Of a DNA stretch of 64,000 nt, positions 9,715 through 20,944 are shown one piece after another. Where the stretch lies: positions 288,001 through 352,000 of the forward strand of contig CAWCTR010000014.1 of NCBI GenBank assembly GCA_963798485.1, written 5' to 3'. The notes below the pieces were generated by a model that had not been told where the DNA came from, did not search any database, and worked only from the letters and a program-made list of their open reading frames with translations. A program made the position numbers and the translations under genes. The DNA is from an uncultured delta proteobacterium. GTDB taxonomy: Bacteria > Desulfobacterota > Desulfomonilia > UBA1062. Each line of letters opens with the position of its first letter. Within the stretch, counting starts at the first letter, position 1.

Positions 9715-10812
9715 ATGCAACAGAACAGAAAGATCATATTATCTCTCCTGATCGGCCTTGTCTTCTCATGTGCTGCCATCTATATATCTTTTAAGAATGT
9801 CCCCCTTGTACAGCTCCTGGGCTACATGAAGACCATAAACATTTGGTGGATCATTCCCTCTACACTCATAGCACTTTCCACGTACCTAGTGAGGGGGTTA
9901 AGGTGGAAAATTATCTTGAAACCGATCAAGAATATCGGCTTCTGGCATGCGTTTCACCCGGTCGTCATCGCATTCACTATCAACTGTCTCCTTCCAGGTC
10001 GAGTGGGTGAGCTTGCCAGGCCGGCCATCCTTTATAAGAGGGATAAGGTCGAGTTTTCCAAGGTTCTTGCAACGGTGGGTGTGGAGCGGATCTTTGATAT
10101 TGTAACCCTTCTGTGTATTTTTATCTTCATCATGAGCAACATTCAAATAGACCCATCCCTAAGTCTTACATTCAACGGCTACCAGATAAACCGGAAGACG
10201 CTCCTCGACATAAGGGCAAAGATGATTCTGGCTGGTATTATCTTGTTGTGTCTGATCTTCCTGTTCATGCTGCCCGTCACCAGACGGGCAATTAGCCGTT
10301 TCATTTCATTTCTACCGGGATTGCTCTTCTTCGCAACACCTCATTTCAGACAGAGTATGACCAAGCAGTTAAACACACGATCCCATGCTGTCCTCGATAA
10401 TCTCGCCCTGGGTTTTGAAGTCCTCAAGGATCCCTACAAGATACTTGCCTGCCTCCTGCTCTCAGCCGGTGTATGGCTGCTCACATTCTGCTCATTCTAT
10501 GTCTTGGCCCTTGGTTGTAAGGGGGTGAACATCACCTTTTTCCAGACGGCTGCAGCAGTGATCATCACGTGCTTTTTCATTATGCTGCCATCAGTGCCCG
10601 GTTATTGGGGCATATGGGAAATCGGGGGCATCTATGGCCTGATGATCTTCCAGGTCCCGAAGATAGAGGCTGCAGGATTGACGCTTACTTATCATTTTTT
10701 CTCGATTATCCCCCTCATACTTGTAGGATTATTGTCTTCATGGTTGACGGGAGTGAACGTAATGCAGGCTGGATTACATTCACAAGAGAGGATAACTGAA
10801 GAAGATATTTGA
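9715..10812 (+). CDS. Lysylphosphatidylglycerol synthase TM-domain (flippase-like, UPF0104) membrane protein
   Basis: Multi-TM; RGLRW, LPGRVGELAR, ERIFD, PSVPGYWGIWE motifs. Confidence 0.8.
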   Translation: MQQNRKIILSLLIGLVFSCAAIYISFKNVPLVQLLGYMKTINIWWIIPSTLIALSTYLVRGLRWKIILKPIKNIGFWHAFHPVVIAFTINCLLPGRVGELARPAILYKRDKVEFSKVLATVGVERIFDIVTLLCIFIFIMSNIQIDPSLSLTFNGYQINRKTLLDIRAKMILAGIILLCLIFLFMLPVTRRAISRFISFLPGLLFFATPHFRQSMTKQLNTRSHAVLDNLALGFEVLKDPYKILACLLLSAGVWLLTFCSFYVLALGCKGVNITFFQTAAAVIITCFFIMLPSVPGYWGIWEIGGIYGLMIFQVPKIEAAGLTLTYHFFSIIPLILVGLLSSWLTGVNVMQAGLHSQERITEEDI

Positions 10813-10834
10813 TAAATACTATATTCCGAGTCCG

Positions 10835-13036
10835 TCAGCCGTTGTTTCTTTTTATTAAGTTCTTATAAAATTGCGTACTTCTCAGATTATCAAGATCCTT
10901 ATCTTTCTGTATCAGTGCCCAATTCTTGAACCCTTTATCTATTGATTTAGTTAACCATTCAATAGACTCATCTACCTTTTTCTCTTTGGCATATATGCAT
11001 GCAATATTATAATACCCATCTGGATTACCCGGCTGAAGCCTGATCAGTTTCTGTAACATATCCAGAGCCTTTGCATTATCACCGTGATAGGAATACAATA
11101 CTGAGAGTTTCTTTAATACGTCGGTATTATCAGGTTCCTTTGACCTTTTCTGTTCAAGCAGTGCGACATCTTGATCTATCTTTCCTGATAAATTTGATGC
11201 TGCCGTTAAATAATTCCGAGCCTCGATGGAGTCAGGGGCAATTTTCAAGGCCTCCTTAAAATGAGAAACGGCATCATTTACCTTTCCCTGATTCATAAGA
11301 ATAACCCCAAGGGCACAATGGGATTCTGCATCATTGGGGTGAAGATTCAAGGCCGATGTGAAATACTCTAAGGCTTTATTCATCTCACCCCTTTTTGCCG
11401 ATATAATGCCAAGATTATAATATGCCTCAGCATATTTTGGATCGAGAGTGATCACATAAGAAAATTGTTTGATGGCTCCATCCAGATCCCCTTTGGCAGC
11501 ATAAACAGTTCCCAGCTCAAATTTTGCTTTTGTGTCTTTGGGATTGTAGCGTACTTCTTCAGAATAATAGTGAACTGCTTTATCTTGCAGTCCCAATTTG
11601 TTATAGAGATGCCCAAGCCCATCCAATGCTACAACATCGTTAGCATGTATTCTTAGCGCCTCTTGGAAATGATGGATTGCCATCTCTGCTTTTCCCAGGT
11701 TTGTATAAGCTACTGCGAGATTGACATGAGCAACATAATTATCAGGATTGAGGGCAACACAATGTGAAAAGAGAGTGAGATCATCCTTCCAGTATCCGAT
11801 CTGGAACCAGGTCCGTAGTGCAAATACGATCAGCACGACGGCGGCGGCAGCCGCCATTATATCCCTTTTACGATTAACCCGGGCCAGCAGATCAGGGACC
11901 CCCCAGGCAACAATGATGAATAGTCCTATGTACGGGACATATGCCCATCGCTCACCGATTGCCGGCCAGAGACCTGCCTGTATGATTCCCAGCACCGGAA
12001 CGAGCGTTCCGAGAAACCAGAGCCAGCCTATGATGAAATAAGGATATTTCCTGTATTTAAGCAGCGCCGTGGTTGTAATCAATAGAAGAACGGCTATCGA
12101 TCCAACTACCTCCCACATGGGGATTGCATCGGGAAACGGGTAGAATATGGAAAGGTCTTTCGGCCAGGCCATCTTTCCCATGTACATGAGGTATGAGACA
12201 ATGGCGTTCTTGATCTTGAGATCCATTGGAGAAAGATCCGAGGCCATGATGGTATGGGAGAACTTGAGAGAGAGCATGGTGGCATAGAAAAAAACAGAAG
12301 AAAGAATCGTCAGGGGGATCTTCTCAAGGACCAGTTTGAGGAGATCACGATAAAAAGATGACCATTTTGCCTTATCCTCACTCCACAAAGGGAAAGTTAT
12401 CCGGCCCAAAGGCCAGTAGTCGAGAAGCAACAGAACAAACGGCAGGGTCATCAGCATGGGTTTGGCAAGAGAACCCAGGCAGAATGCCCCGATGATGAGC
12501 AGGTACATACCGATATTCGGCTTCTTCGTGTAAAAAAAGTACGTGATCATGGTGAGCATCCAGAAAACGGTGCTCAGAAGATTTTTCCGCTCTGCAATCC
12601 ATGCCACCGAATCCACATTGACCGGGTGAAAGGCAAACAAGGAGGCGACAAACGCGCTCTTCCAGACCGATCCGGTCATCCATCTCAATGCCAGGAAAAG
12701 CAGCATGGCACTGATGGCATGAAGGAGCACATTGCTCATGTGATGCATCCCGGCATTCAGCCCGAAGAGCTGGTAATCCACCATGTGGGAAATCCAGGCA
12801 AGAGGATGCCAGTTGGTCACTTCTCCTTGTTTGGAAAGGCTGAAGGCCCAGCTGATACTTTCCAGAGACAACCCCTTGTGCACCTGCCGGTTGTTCACAA
12901 CATACAACGGATCATCCAATGAGATGAAATTGTAGTTGTGCATTTGGAAATATATCAGGAATATCGAAAAGAAGAGAAATACAAGGACAAGTATATCTCT
13001 GTGCTGCTCCAGAAACCCTTTATTCAGATCTCGCAT
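10835..13036 (-). CDS. TMTC-like GT-C glycosyltransferase with TPR repeats (paralog 1, subtype B)
   Basis: FISLDD, NWHPL, HPVNVDSVAWIAERK, LAKPML, ERWAYVP; about 11 TM segments, then TPRs and the YYNIAC...DKDL tail. Confidence 0.85.
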   Translation of the reverse strand: MRDLNKGFLEQHRDILVLVFLFFSIFLIYFQMHNYNFISLDDPLYVVNNRQVHKGLSLESISWAFSLSKQGEVTNWHPLAWISHMVDYQLFGLNAGMHHMSNVLLHAISAMLLFLALRWMTGSVWKSAFVASLFAFHPVNVDSVAWIAERKNLLSTVFWMLTMITYFFYTKKPNIGMYLLIIGAFCLGSLAKPMLMTLPFVLLLLDYWPLGRITFPLWSEDKAKWSSFYRDLLKLVLEKIPLTILSSVFFYATMLSLKFSHTIMASDLSPMDLKIKNAIVSYLMYMGKMAWPKDLSIFYPFPDAIPMWEVVGSIAVLLLITTTALLKYRKYPYFIIGWLWFLGTLVPVLGIIQAGLWPAIGERWAYVPYIGLFIIVAWGVPDLLARVNRKRDIMAAAAAVVLIVFALRTWFQIGYWKDDLTLFSHCVALNPDNYVAHVNLAVAYTNLGKAEMAIHHFQEALRIHANDVVALDGLGHLYNKLGLQDKAVHYYSEEVRYNPKDTKAKFELGTVYAAKGDLDGAIKQFSYVITLDPKYAEAYYNLGIISAKRGEMNKALEYFTSALNLHPNDAESHCALGVILMNQGKVNDAVSHFKEALKIAPDSIEARNYLTAASNLSGKIDQDVALLEQKRSKEPDNTDVLKKLSVLYSYHGDNAKALDMLQKLIRLQPGNPDGYYNIACIYAKEKKVDESIEWLTKSIDKGFKNWALIQKDKDLDNLRSTQFYKNLIKRNNG

Positions 13037-13200
13037 ACTATGCTGCCCAGTCTTTGATTAATCCCAAATGTATTTGATTACGTATTAATAAATACTATGC
13101 CATAATCTCACCGCACATACTATCATAGTGACTACCATTGATATATTATATTTCTTCTCTACTACAACTATCCAATAGTGGATGGCGTATATATGAATAG

Positions 13201-13443
13201 GCAGTATATATAGGAGATAACCTGAGACTCAAAATGCTGGTTGAAAGAGTTTATCTCGTATCAAAGAGGTTCTTCGGCATCCCCACCTTCTTCAACTACG
13301 CGATCGCTGACGGTCTGTATAAGCTCCTCTTTCCAGATAAAACCGGAATCAACAAGGAGGCAAAAGTAATAAAACCCGAGTTCCAGTTATGCTTCAGCTT
13401 TCTGGAGTGAGAGCGGATAGAAATAAAACTCAGGAAACTCCAG
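13201..13443 (+). mobile_element. Remnant 3' end of a DDE transposase (IS4-like) with terminal sequence
   Basis: Frame AVYIGDNLRLKMLVERVYLVSKRFFGIPTFFNYAIADGLYKLL ending TGA at 13410; ends ...CTCAGGAAACTCCAG; recognised from memory of transposase C-termini. Confidence 0.5.
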
Positions 13444-13450
13444 TTACCTT

Positions 13451-14096
13451 CAATCTTTTTACAATTTGTATCTGACAAGGGCATAATCAACTTTCACTTT
13501 ACCTAAGTTCAATAAACTATAAACCTCGCCGATTCCTGGTGCGAAATAAGAGATACCCTCGAAATGTTGCGATCCATTACTCGCCTGGAAGGATACTTTG
13601 AGACATTTTACATACTTTTTGTCATTCAATTCGACAGTTTCTATCTTCTCTGCTTTAAATTGTGTCTGGACGTCTGATGTCTTTGTCGTCCAGATATTCC
13701 CTACCTTCATCGGAAATGGCGTCGTTAAATATTCTTGCCTCGTTTTGTCATCTATTTTGTAGATACCCTCTTTTGCCCTTCTGTTGTAACTGACATGTGT
13801 CCCAGCACCTGGTACCCCTTTTGTAAGAGTGATTTGCTTATAGTATGTCTTCCCATTGATGGTCTCTTCACCACCAATTTGGATTAGCATTCCTCCCGTC
13901 TGTACCCCTTCAGGGGCTGAATACCTTATACCGTATGCCCATTGTGCTCCATTAGAGCCTTTTGGGTAGTAGATATCACCCTGGGGTTGTCCCTGTGGTT
14001 GTTTAGAGCATGCAGACAGAGTCAATAAGGTTATAATGATCATATAAACAAGTCTTCGCTGCATGTTTCTCTCCTTTTATCAGTTTATCAAAAGTA
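13451..14096. repeat. About 645 bp direct repeat, copy 1 (copy 2 at 28194-28839)
   Basis: Identical 201-aa translations; by eye, the first DNA mismatch is at 14083, upstream of the gene. Confidence 0.93.
13459..14064 (-). CDS. Putative lipoprotein (copy 1)
   Basis: Lipobox LSAC; beta-rich; YFAPGIG motif; AGGAG RBS. Confidence 0.8.
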   Translation of the reverse strand: MQRRLVYMIIITLLTLSACSKQPQGQPQGDIYYPKGSNGAQWAYGIRYSAPEGVQTGGMLIQIGGEETINGKTYYKQITLTKGVPGAGTHVSYNRRAKEGIYKIDDKTRQEYLTTPFPMKVGNIWTTKTSDVQTQFKAEKIETVELNDKKYVKCLKVSFQASNGSQHFEGISYFAPGIGEVYSLLNLGKVKVDYALVRYKL

Positions 14097-14210
14097 GTAA
14101 AGTTATCATATACCATAAATATTTCTTACCCTTTTTACAAGAGAGATTATTCTCGGACGCTTACGGAGAAATACTCTACGTAAGAAGGGGGGCAATCAAC
14201 ATGATTCAAT

Positions 14211-14978
14211 CTATTTTTGGAGAAATATCTTTGCAAACATCCCTAGTTTCAGGTTCATCCGTCCGAGTATAGATTCTATATATTCCCAAAATCTATAGGT
14301 GATACCCGGCATGATGCTCCGGAGAGATATACCGCCCGAGAGAAGATAGACAAAGGGCTTTTCCACTTTGATGTTTTTGATGGAAAGCCCCGGATATTTC
14401 AATTCAAAAAGCCTTCTGTCGCGTTCAAACACTATCCACGGCAAGGCAGAGTTCGCCCCGGAGAGTGGGCCTGATATGGGAAATGACCACTGCTTAGCTT
14501 TTATATCGACAGGCTCATGATGAATGTGAGTATATACCAACGACGACCACGGGGTTATCCACGGCTCCACCATCAGGATCGTGCCGCCAGCACGGAGGCA
14601 TCTTACCGCTTCGATCAAGAAAATATCAACATCCGGGATATGGTGGAATACATCGACCATTATAATAGATTTTAGAGAGTCGTTTTTGAAGGGCATGAAG
14701 CATCCGTTCATAACCATTTTCACGAATGGGCAGAAGAACACTTCCGTTGTTATAACCTCAGGAATTAATTCATCGAGAAATCCCGCTCCTGATCCTAGTT
14801 CCAGAATACTTCCGTCTCCGGAAGGAATGTTTGCTGCAATCCATGTATACCAATCCTTATAGATTCTTCTCAGAAACGGCTTTTGCTGGATGATCTGCTT
14901 GCGCAGATGTGTTGTTCGCGGATCATCAATATCGATGTTCCTGGTTAGGGGGTGTTTAAGAAAATTAAGCATATCCAC
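14211..14978 (-). CDS. Class I SAM-dependent methyltransferase
   Basis: ILELGSGAG motif I, VDVFHHIPD, LRAGG. Confidence 0.85.
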   Translation of the reverse strand: MDMLNFLKHPLTRNIDIDDPRTTHLRKQIIQQKPFLRRIYKDWYTWIAANIPSGDGSILELGSGAGFLDELIPEVITTEVFFCPFVKMVMNGCFMPFKNDSLKSIIMVDVFHHIPDVDIFLIEAVRCLRAGGTILMVEPWITPWSSLVYTHIHHEPVDIKAKQWSFPISGPLSGANSALPWIVFERDRRLFELKYPGLSIKNIKVEKPFVYLLSGGISLRSIMPGITYRFWEYIESILGRMNLKLGMFAKIFLQK

Positions 14979-16435
14979 TAAATGAATTTAATTTTTTCCA
15001 TGGCATATACTGTCATCTTAAGGAGCAGCCAACCATGTTTCCATCTTTCGATGTTTGTTGTGCCGTATCTCCGCTCGGCATAGCGGATGGGCATCTCCAC
15101 GATCTTGAGATTCTGCCTGACTGCACCAAAAAGAAGGTCAAAGTCGCCGAAGGGATCGAAGTCGCCAAAATAGGCCCTGTTCGTCGCTATCCTATCATAA
15201 TTTTGCCTGCTTAAAACCTTTGTCCCGCACAGTGTGTCTTTGATGGGCTGGCCCAGAAGCCAGGAGAAGGCAAGAGAGAAAAACTTATTACCCAGAAGGT
15301 TAAGGTAGCGCATGGCCTCTTTTTCCATAGGATAGATGAGTCTCACTCCATTGATAAACTCTCCATCGCCTGACATAATCGCATCATAGAACCTGGTAAG
15401 ATCTTCCGGAGGAACAGTCATATCGGCATCAAGTATCATGAAGATATCGCCTGAGGCATTCTGGTAACCGAGACGTACTGCGTCGCCTTTGCCCTTACCG
15501 GTCTGTCTGAAAAGCTTACATCTCTTCTCGGGATGGGCAGAAATTGTCCTCTCGATAACCTCGTAGGTGTTGTCGCTGGAGTTCCCCTCAACGAAAATCA
15601 GCTCTGTGCCCCGGCCCATCTCGGGAATACGCCGCAGGATTTCATCTATATTCCCTGCCTCGTTACGGGCCGGAATCACAACGGAAACTATCGGTTTTGC
15701 CTTCTTGTTTTCCTCTGTAGGTTTCCTGCGTGCAATCACAAAGTTTGTAAGAGCCAAATGAGATAGAGGCCACAGCTTCACTGCATATTTATTCAGAAAG
15801 CTCGACAAGATAGGGGTTGAAAGAGGCCATAGGATCTCCTGCCAGGTCCTGATTACCTCAAAGCCTGCCAGATTGAGCATGTTTTTGACATCCTCAATGG
15901 TGAGCCAGTTCTGGGATAATAATGGCGTAGAAAGTCCAAACAATTGGGCAAAGAAAAGGGGTAGTTCCCACAGGCGGCTATACATATTCAAAATGATACG
16001 CGTCCGAGGAATGGATACATTTCTGAGACCCTCGAAGACATTTTGAACATCCCAAAGATCATTTGCAAGATCTGATAGAATGATGACATCAAATGTCTCG
16101 TCAAGCGCAAGCTCGTGTGCATCCGCTTGGATAAAACGCAGTTCCGGAAACTTCTGCATCGCCCTCTTGACCATCTCGCCTGAAAGGTCGACACCGACAC
16201 CGACAGAAGGTTTGAGCTTGGCAAGAAGCTCTCCAGTCCCGCAACCTATCTCAAGAATCTTCTGGCCGGGAGACACGATGTGCGCGTACAACTGACCCAG
16301 CCTCTCGTGATAATACGTACCGAGCGATTTCCAGGAATCCTTTTCCCGAGCGATCTTGTCCCAGTGAATCTGCCGTGCTTCCCGATATTCCCGGGCAGTT
16401 GCCAACTTTGCAGAAACCCCACGATCCGTCTTCAT
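14978..16435 (-). CDS. Bifunctional SAM methyltransferase + GT2 (DPM1-like) glycosyltransferase
   Basis: N-terminal ILEIGCGTG; C-terminal SVVIPARNE, EGNSSD, GKGDA, LDAD, DTLCGTK; probable start ATG 16435. Confidence 0.88.
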   Translation of the reverse strand: MKTDRGVSAKLATAREYREARQIHWDKIAREKDSWKSLGTYYHERLGQLYAHIVSPGQKILEIGCGTGELLAKLKPSVGVGVDLSGEMVKRAMQKFPELRFIQADAHELALDETFDVIILSDLANDLWDVQNVFEGLRNVSIPRTRIILNMYSRLWELPLFFAQLFGLSTPLLSQNWLTIEDVKNMLNLAGFEVIRTWQEILWPLSTPILSSFLNKYAVKLWPLSHLALTNFVIARRKPTEENKKAKPIVSVVIPARNEAGNIDEILRRIPEMGRGTELIFVEGNSSDNTYEVIERTISAHPEKRCKLFRQTGKGKGDAVRLGYQNASGDIFMILDADMTVPPEDLTRFYDAIMSGDGEFINGVRLIYPMEKEAMRYLNLLGNKFFSLAFSWLLGQPIKDTLCGTKVLSRQNYDRIATNRAYFGDFDPFGDFDLLFGAVRQNLKIVEMPIRYAERRYGTTNIERWKHGWLLLKMTVYAMEKIKFI

Positions 16436-16448
16436 AATTCTTGTCCCA

Positions 16449-17390
16449 TTATGCTGTTTTATTTTGCAGATACCACTCGTATGTGTTTGCAATACCTTCT
16501 TTAAGTCCGATCTTTGCCTTCCACCCCAGTTCCTCAATTCTCCTAATGTCGAGTAGCTTCTGAGGAGTTCCGTCAGGTTTGGAAAGGTCCCATTGGATCT
16601 CACCGGTATAACCGACGATGTCTCTCACCAATTCTGCAAGTCTCTTGATAGTTAAATCCATGCCGGTTCCTATATTCACGAATTCACCCACTGTAACGGC
16701 TTCATACCTGTTCATAAGAAATACCAATGCTTCGGCAAGGTCATCCACGTGAAGGAATTCGCGTCTCGGGCTGCCGGTGCCCCAGATCATTACATTATGC
16801 CCGCGGTTCTCCTTGGCTTCATGGAAACGTCTGATAAGGGCCGGCAAAACATGGGATGTCACAAGGTCAAAATTGTCGCCGGGGCCATAGAGATTTGTGG
16901 GCATCACTGAAATAAAATTCGTCCCATACTGGGCATTATAGTATCTGCATAATTTTATGGCCGCTATCTTTGCAATGGCATATGGCTCGTTGGTCGGCTC
17001 CAATGCTCCGGTAAGCAGGGAATGTTCACTGAGAGGCTGCGGTGCTAATTTCGGATAGATGCATGATGAACCCAAGTTGAGCAGCTTTTTAACTCCATGT
17101 TTGTAACTTGAATGAATAACATTGGCGGCTATCATTATGTTGTCATAGATGAATTCTGCAGGGTACGTGCTGTTGGCGAGTATCCCGCCTACTCTGGCTG
17201 CACAAAGAAATACGTATTCGGGTTTCTCTTGTGAAAAAAATACCTCAACATCTCGCTGGCTGATAAGGTCAATGTCCGGATAAGAACGGGTTATAAGGTT
17301 ATCATACCCCTCGCTCTCGAGTTTCCGTTTTACTGCAGAACCCACTAAACCAGTATGCCCGGCAATGAAAATCTTATTGTTTTTATTCAT
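16449..17390 (-). CDS. fcl: GDP-L-fucose synthase
   Basis: [50 protein letters not shown]. Confidence 0.95.
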   Translation of the reverse strand: MNKNNKIFIAGHTGLVGSAVKRKLESEGYDNLITRSYPDIDLISQRDVEVFFSQEKPEYVFLCAARVGGILANSTYPAEFIYDNIMIAANVIHSSYKHGVKKLLNLGSSCIYPKLAPQPLSEHSLLTGALEPTNEPYAIAKIAAIKLCRYYNAQYGTNFISVMPTNLYGPGDNFDLVTSHVLPALIRRFHEAKENRGHNVMIWGTGSPRREFLHVDDLAEALVFLMNRYEAVTVGEFVNIGTGMDLTIKRLAELVRDIVGYTGEIQWDLSKPDGTPQKLLDIRRIEELGWKAKIGLKEGIANTYEWYLQNKTA

Positions 17391-18501
17391 GGCGATTCAT
17401 TACGGTAAATCCGCTGTTTTTACAAAGGACATCCATCTGGGTTTCCTTAATATCATGTTTTACCATCTCGGCTATCATTTCTTCAAAGCTGATCTCCGGT
17501 TTCCATCCTAGTTTATTTCTCGCCTTTGACGGATCGCCCAACAACGTTTCCACTTCTGTAGGCCTGAAGTAGTGTGGGTCAACCTGCACGACCACATCAG
17601 CGGGTTTGACATGTTCACTTCCTTCAAAGGGTTCTGCCGAACTTACCACGCCCTTCTCCTTCAGTCCAGTTCCCTGCCAACTCAACTCGATACCGACGTT
17701 AGAAAAAGCCAGGGTGCAGAGCTGTCGTACAGAATATTGCTTTCCAGTTGCGATTACATAATCTTCCGGCTGCTCCTGTTGGAGCATAAGCCACTGAGCC
17801 TTCACGAAATCTTTTGCGTGGCCCCAGTCACGCAATGCGTCCAAATTACCGACATACAGCTTCTCTTGCAGACCAAGGGCGATCCTGCTGGCTGCCCTGG
17901 TTACCTTGCGGGTGACAAAGGTCTCACCACGGATGGGTGATTCGTGGTTGAACAGGATGCCATTGCAGGCATACATACCATAGGCCTCGCGGTAGTTCAC
18001 CGTAATCCAAAACGCATAGAGCTTTGCCACCCCATAAGGGCTCCTGGGATAAAATGGGGTTTCCTCATCCTGAGGAATTTTCTGTACCTTGCCAAAGAGC
18101 TCGCTGGTGGATGCCTGGTAAAACCTCACCCTCTTTTCCATCCCTAGTATGCGTAGAGCTTCCAGTATTCTGAGTGTTCCCAAGGCGTCTGCCTGGGCCG
18201 TGTACTCAGGTGTTTCAAAAGATACCTGCACATGGCTTTGAGCCCCAAGGTTATATATCTCATCCGGCTCAACATCCTGTATGATTCGGATGATATTCGT
18301 TGAGTCCGTAAGATCTCCATAGTGCATGAGGAACCGCACATCTTTTTCATGCGGGTCCTGATACAAATGATCAACACGGTAGGTATTGAAGCTCGATGAT
18401 CTCCGTTTGATGCCATGTACATAATACCCTTTGCCTAAAAGAAATTCTGCAAGATATGCCCCATCCTGGCCGGTAATCCCGGTTATCAAGGCCTTTTTCA
18501 T
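17383..18501 (-). CDS. gmd: GDP-mannose 4,6-dehydratase
   Basis: [43 protein letters not shown]. Confidence 0.97.
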   Translation of the reverse strand: MKKALITGITGQDGAYLAEFLLGKGYYVHGIKRRSSSFNTYRVDHLYQDPHEKDVRFLMHYGDLTDSTNIIRIIQDVEPDEIYNLGAQSHVQVSFETPEYTAQADALGTLRILEALRILGMEKRVRFYQASTSELFGKVQKIPQDEETPFYPRSPYGVAKLYAFWITVNYREAYGMYACNGILFNHESPIRGETFVTRKVTRAASRIALGLQEKLYVGNLDALRDWGHAKDFVKAQWLMLQQEQPEDYVIATGKQYSVRQLCTLAFSNVGIELSWQGTGLKEKGVVSSAEPFEGSEHVKPADVVVQVDPHYFRPTEVETLLGDPSKARNKLGWKPEISFEEMIAEMVKHDIKETQMDVLCKNSGFTVMNRHE

Positions 18502-18701
18502 CTCAACCCCCAACTCTTATCTATTAGCGCGATACTATCTATTCGGAAGTACAGCTATTATCACTTAACTGCATATTTGTCATCCACATGCCATAGAGAT
18601 GAAATGTCATGTTGATTTTTCTCGATTCATCCCGATTCCCCACCTAAAAAGTACACATAACTCTAAGCATCAAAATTCCTATATCAAGGTAACACAATGA
18701 T

Positions 18702-20696
18702 TTAACGAGGTTGTTTTGTAACCGGCGCTCTGCCCAACAACAGACTATGAAGTTGTGAAAGAGTCTCAGCAATGTCATACCGTGCCTTGCTTGACAAAGG
18801 ATTAAGGGATAGTGCAATCTGATATGCTGCAACAGCCTGTTGCTTATCACCCTTCCTGATATATATCTCCGCAAGCTTTACATGGAGATCAGAATTCCTT
18901 GGCTCTATCTTCAATGCTTCCTTCACCTGAGACATGGCATCATCGGCTCTACCTATCTTCAACCATGCATCTGCGAGATTAATGCGGACGTTTATATTAT
19001 CAGGATTCGTCTCAAGTGCTTTAAGATAGTGCCGGACAGCTTCATTGAGATTGCCCTTTTCAACTAGGAGTAATCCAAGGTTATTATGGGCATTTTCATG
19101 CAAAGGGGACCTTTTCAAGACCTCACGATACTGCCTGATAGCCTCATCTTTTCTCCCCATGTCAGCGAGTGCAACACCCATGTTGTAATATGCCTCGAAA
19201 TAGCCGGGCTTGATCCTCAAACATTCCCGGTAATGGTCAAAAGCCTCTCTATAAAGCTTCTTGCTTGCAAGGGCCAATCCCAGGTTGCACTGGGCATTTA
19301 CGTAATCGCTCCTCAGTCTGATGGACTCCCGGTCATGTTTTATGGCCCCTTCCACATCCCCTCTTTCAAAAAGGGCTACCCCAAGGCTGTTTTGAGCCAG
19401 ATAATTGTCTCTATTCACAGCAAGGGCATGGCTGAACAAGGTCTCACTGTCTTTCCAGATCGATACCTGGTGCCATGACAGCCATGATAGAAGCAGCAAC
19501 AAAGAGACAGATGCCGCACACCAAGCTGCCTTGAAATAGCCTTGCCTGCCGAGGATGTCTTCAAGACCCCACACAGCCATGATGAATATGCCGATCGAAG
19601 GAATGTAGGTATACCGGTCCGCCATGGACTGTGATCCCACCTGCACGAGACCAATGACAGGTATCAGTGTTACAACATACCAGAACCAACCAGTGATCAG
19701 GTAGGGCCACTTTTTTGCTGTTGCGACTGCTATAATACTCACTGCAATAAGAAATATGAAGCATATACACACAATTATCAGGTTGAAATGCTTCGGATAC
19801 GGGTAAAATACCGAAAGGTTCAATGGCCATACCATTTTCAGGAGATAGTCTGCATAGGATATGATGGCATTCTGGATCCTCATTGTCAGGCCCAGCCGGT
19901 CCAGAGAGCTCACTGCCCCTCCTGCAGACTGTGCATAGAATGTTTCGCCACAGGCTGCAAAAGCCATTATGATGAGGGGAATCTTTTCCAGAAAAAGAAA
20001 CTGTATGGCTTCATGGTCTCTTATTACCGGCTGAGTTCGAACATTCTCAATGATATTTGAAGGATTTAAAATGAACTTTTTACTCCTGAGCGGCCAAAAG
20101 TCTAAGAGCAACAGTACGAAGGGCATTGTCACGAGCATGGGCTTTGCCATGAGCCCGAGGAGGAATAAAGAGGTAACCAGTAGATATCGGTTAATGTTGC
20201 GGCGCTGGACATACCAGTGGTAGCCGAGCATGGTGAGAAGCCAGAACAAAGTGCTCAGTACGTCCTTGCGCTCGGATATCCAAACCACGGATTCCACATG
20301 GAGTGGGTGCAGGGCAAAGAGTGCAGCAACGAATGCGCTCTTCCAGAGTGTCCCGGTCATCCTTTCAATGACGATAAAGAGCAGAATGGAGTTCAACATG
20401 TGGAGAAAGACATTGGTAAGGTGGTGCATGCCAGGGCGCATGCTGTACAACTCAACATCCACCATGTGGGAGATCCAGGTGAGGGGATGCCAGTTTGAGG
20501 CATATACAACGCTAAAAGCCCACTTTGTTCCTTGCCAGCTGATCCCATGCTTGATAATGGGGTTGTCTTTAACATATACAGGGTCGTCGAAGTTTATAAA
20601 ATCAAAACTGATTACTTGATAGTACACAGTGAATACCGATACTGCAATAATCAAGGATAAGATAGCTTTCATCCAGGACTTATTGGTTGTTTCCAT
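18702..20696 (-). CDS. TMTC-like GT-C + TPR protein (paralog 2; lacks the conserved C-terminal tail)
   Basis: FINFDD, NWHPLTWISH, HPLHVESVVWISERKD, GSQSMADRYTY, TPRs. Confidence 0.85.
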   Translation of the reverse strand: METTNKSWMKAILSLIIAVSVFTVYYQVISFDFINFDDPVYVKDNPIIKHGISWQGTKWAFSVVYASNWHPLTWISHMVDVELYSMRPGMHHLTNVFLHMLNSILLFIVIERMTGTLWKSAFVAALFALHPLHVESVVWISERKDVLSTLFWLLTMLGYHWYVQRRNINRYLLVTSLFLLGLMAKPMLVTMPFVLLLLDFWPLRSKKFILNPSNIIENVRTQPVIRDHEAIQFLFLEKIPLIIMAFAACGETFYAQSAGGAVSSLDRLGLTMRIQNAIISYADYLLKMVWPLNLSVFYPYPKHFNLIIVCICFIFLIAVSIIAVATAKKWPYLITGWFWYVVTLIPVIGLVQVGSQSMADRYTYIPSIGIFIMAVWGLEDILGRQGYFKAAWCAASVSLLLLLSWLSWHQVSIWKDSETLFSHALAVNRDNYLAQNSLGVALFERGDVEGAIKHDRESIRLRSDYVNAQCNLGLALASKKLYREAFDHYRECLRIKPGYFEAYYNMGVALADMGRKDEAIRQYREVLKRSPLHENAHNNLGLLLVEKGNLNEAVRHYLKALETNPDNINVRINLADAWLKIGRADDAMSQVKEALKIEPRNSDLHVKLAEIYIRKGDKQQAVAAYQIALSLNPLSSKARYDIAETLSQLHSLLLGRAPVTKQPR

Positions 20697-20944
20697 TGCT
20701 TCTCCGCACCTTTTTTTCAATAACATAACTTTGATGAGTAATAAGTGAAAACCAGTGAATACTCAACAATAAGATAGAATACATAAGTGATAGTACGGTC
20801 TTATGATTTTAAGCACAAATTCTTTCGCTTCAATCTATGGAAATATATACATGCCTTATTTGTGTAGATATTTCTAATTAGATAAATATAATGATCATGC
20901 ACATAAGATACTTATGCGTAGTTCAAAAAATAATTAGATACCGA

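Noticed and set aside
16436-16603. N-terminal extension of the methyltransferase-GT2 ORF overlapping fcl; likewise 4314-4553 for the QueG-like ORF
   Set aside because: Longest-ORF artefacts; downstream ATGs avoid the overlap
14211-18501. Ordinary O-antigen or capsule locus
   Set aside because: No wzx, wzy, wzz, wzm/wzt or GT4 series in the window, though gmd/fcl could also serve loci elsewhere
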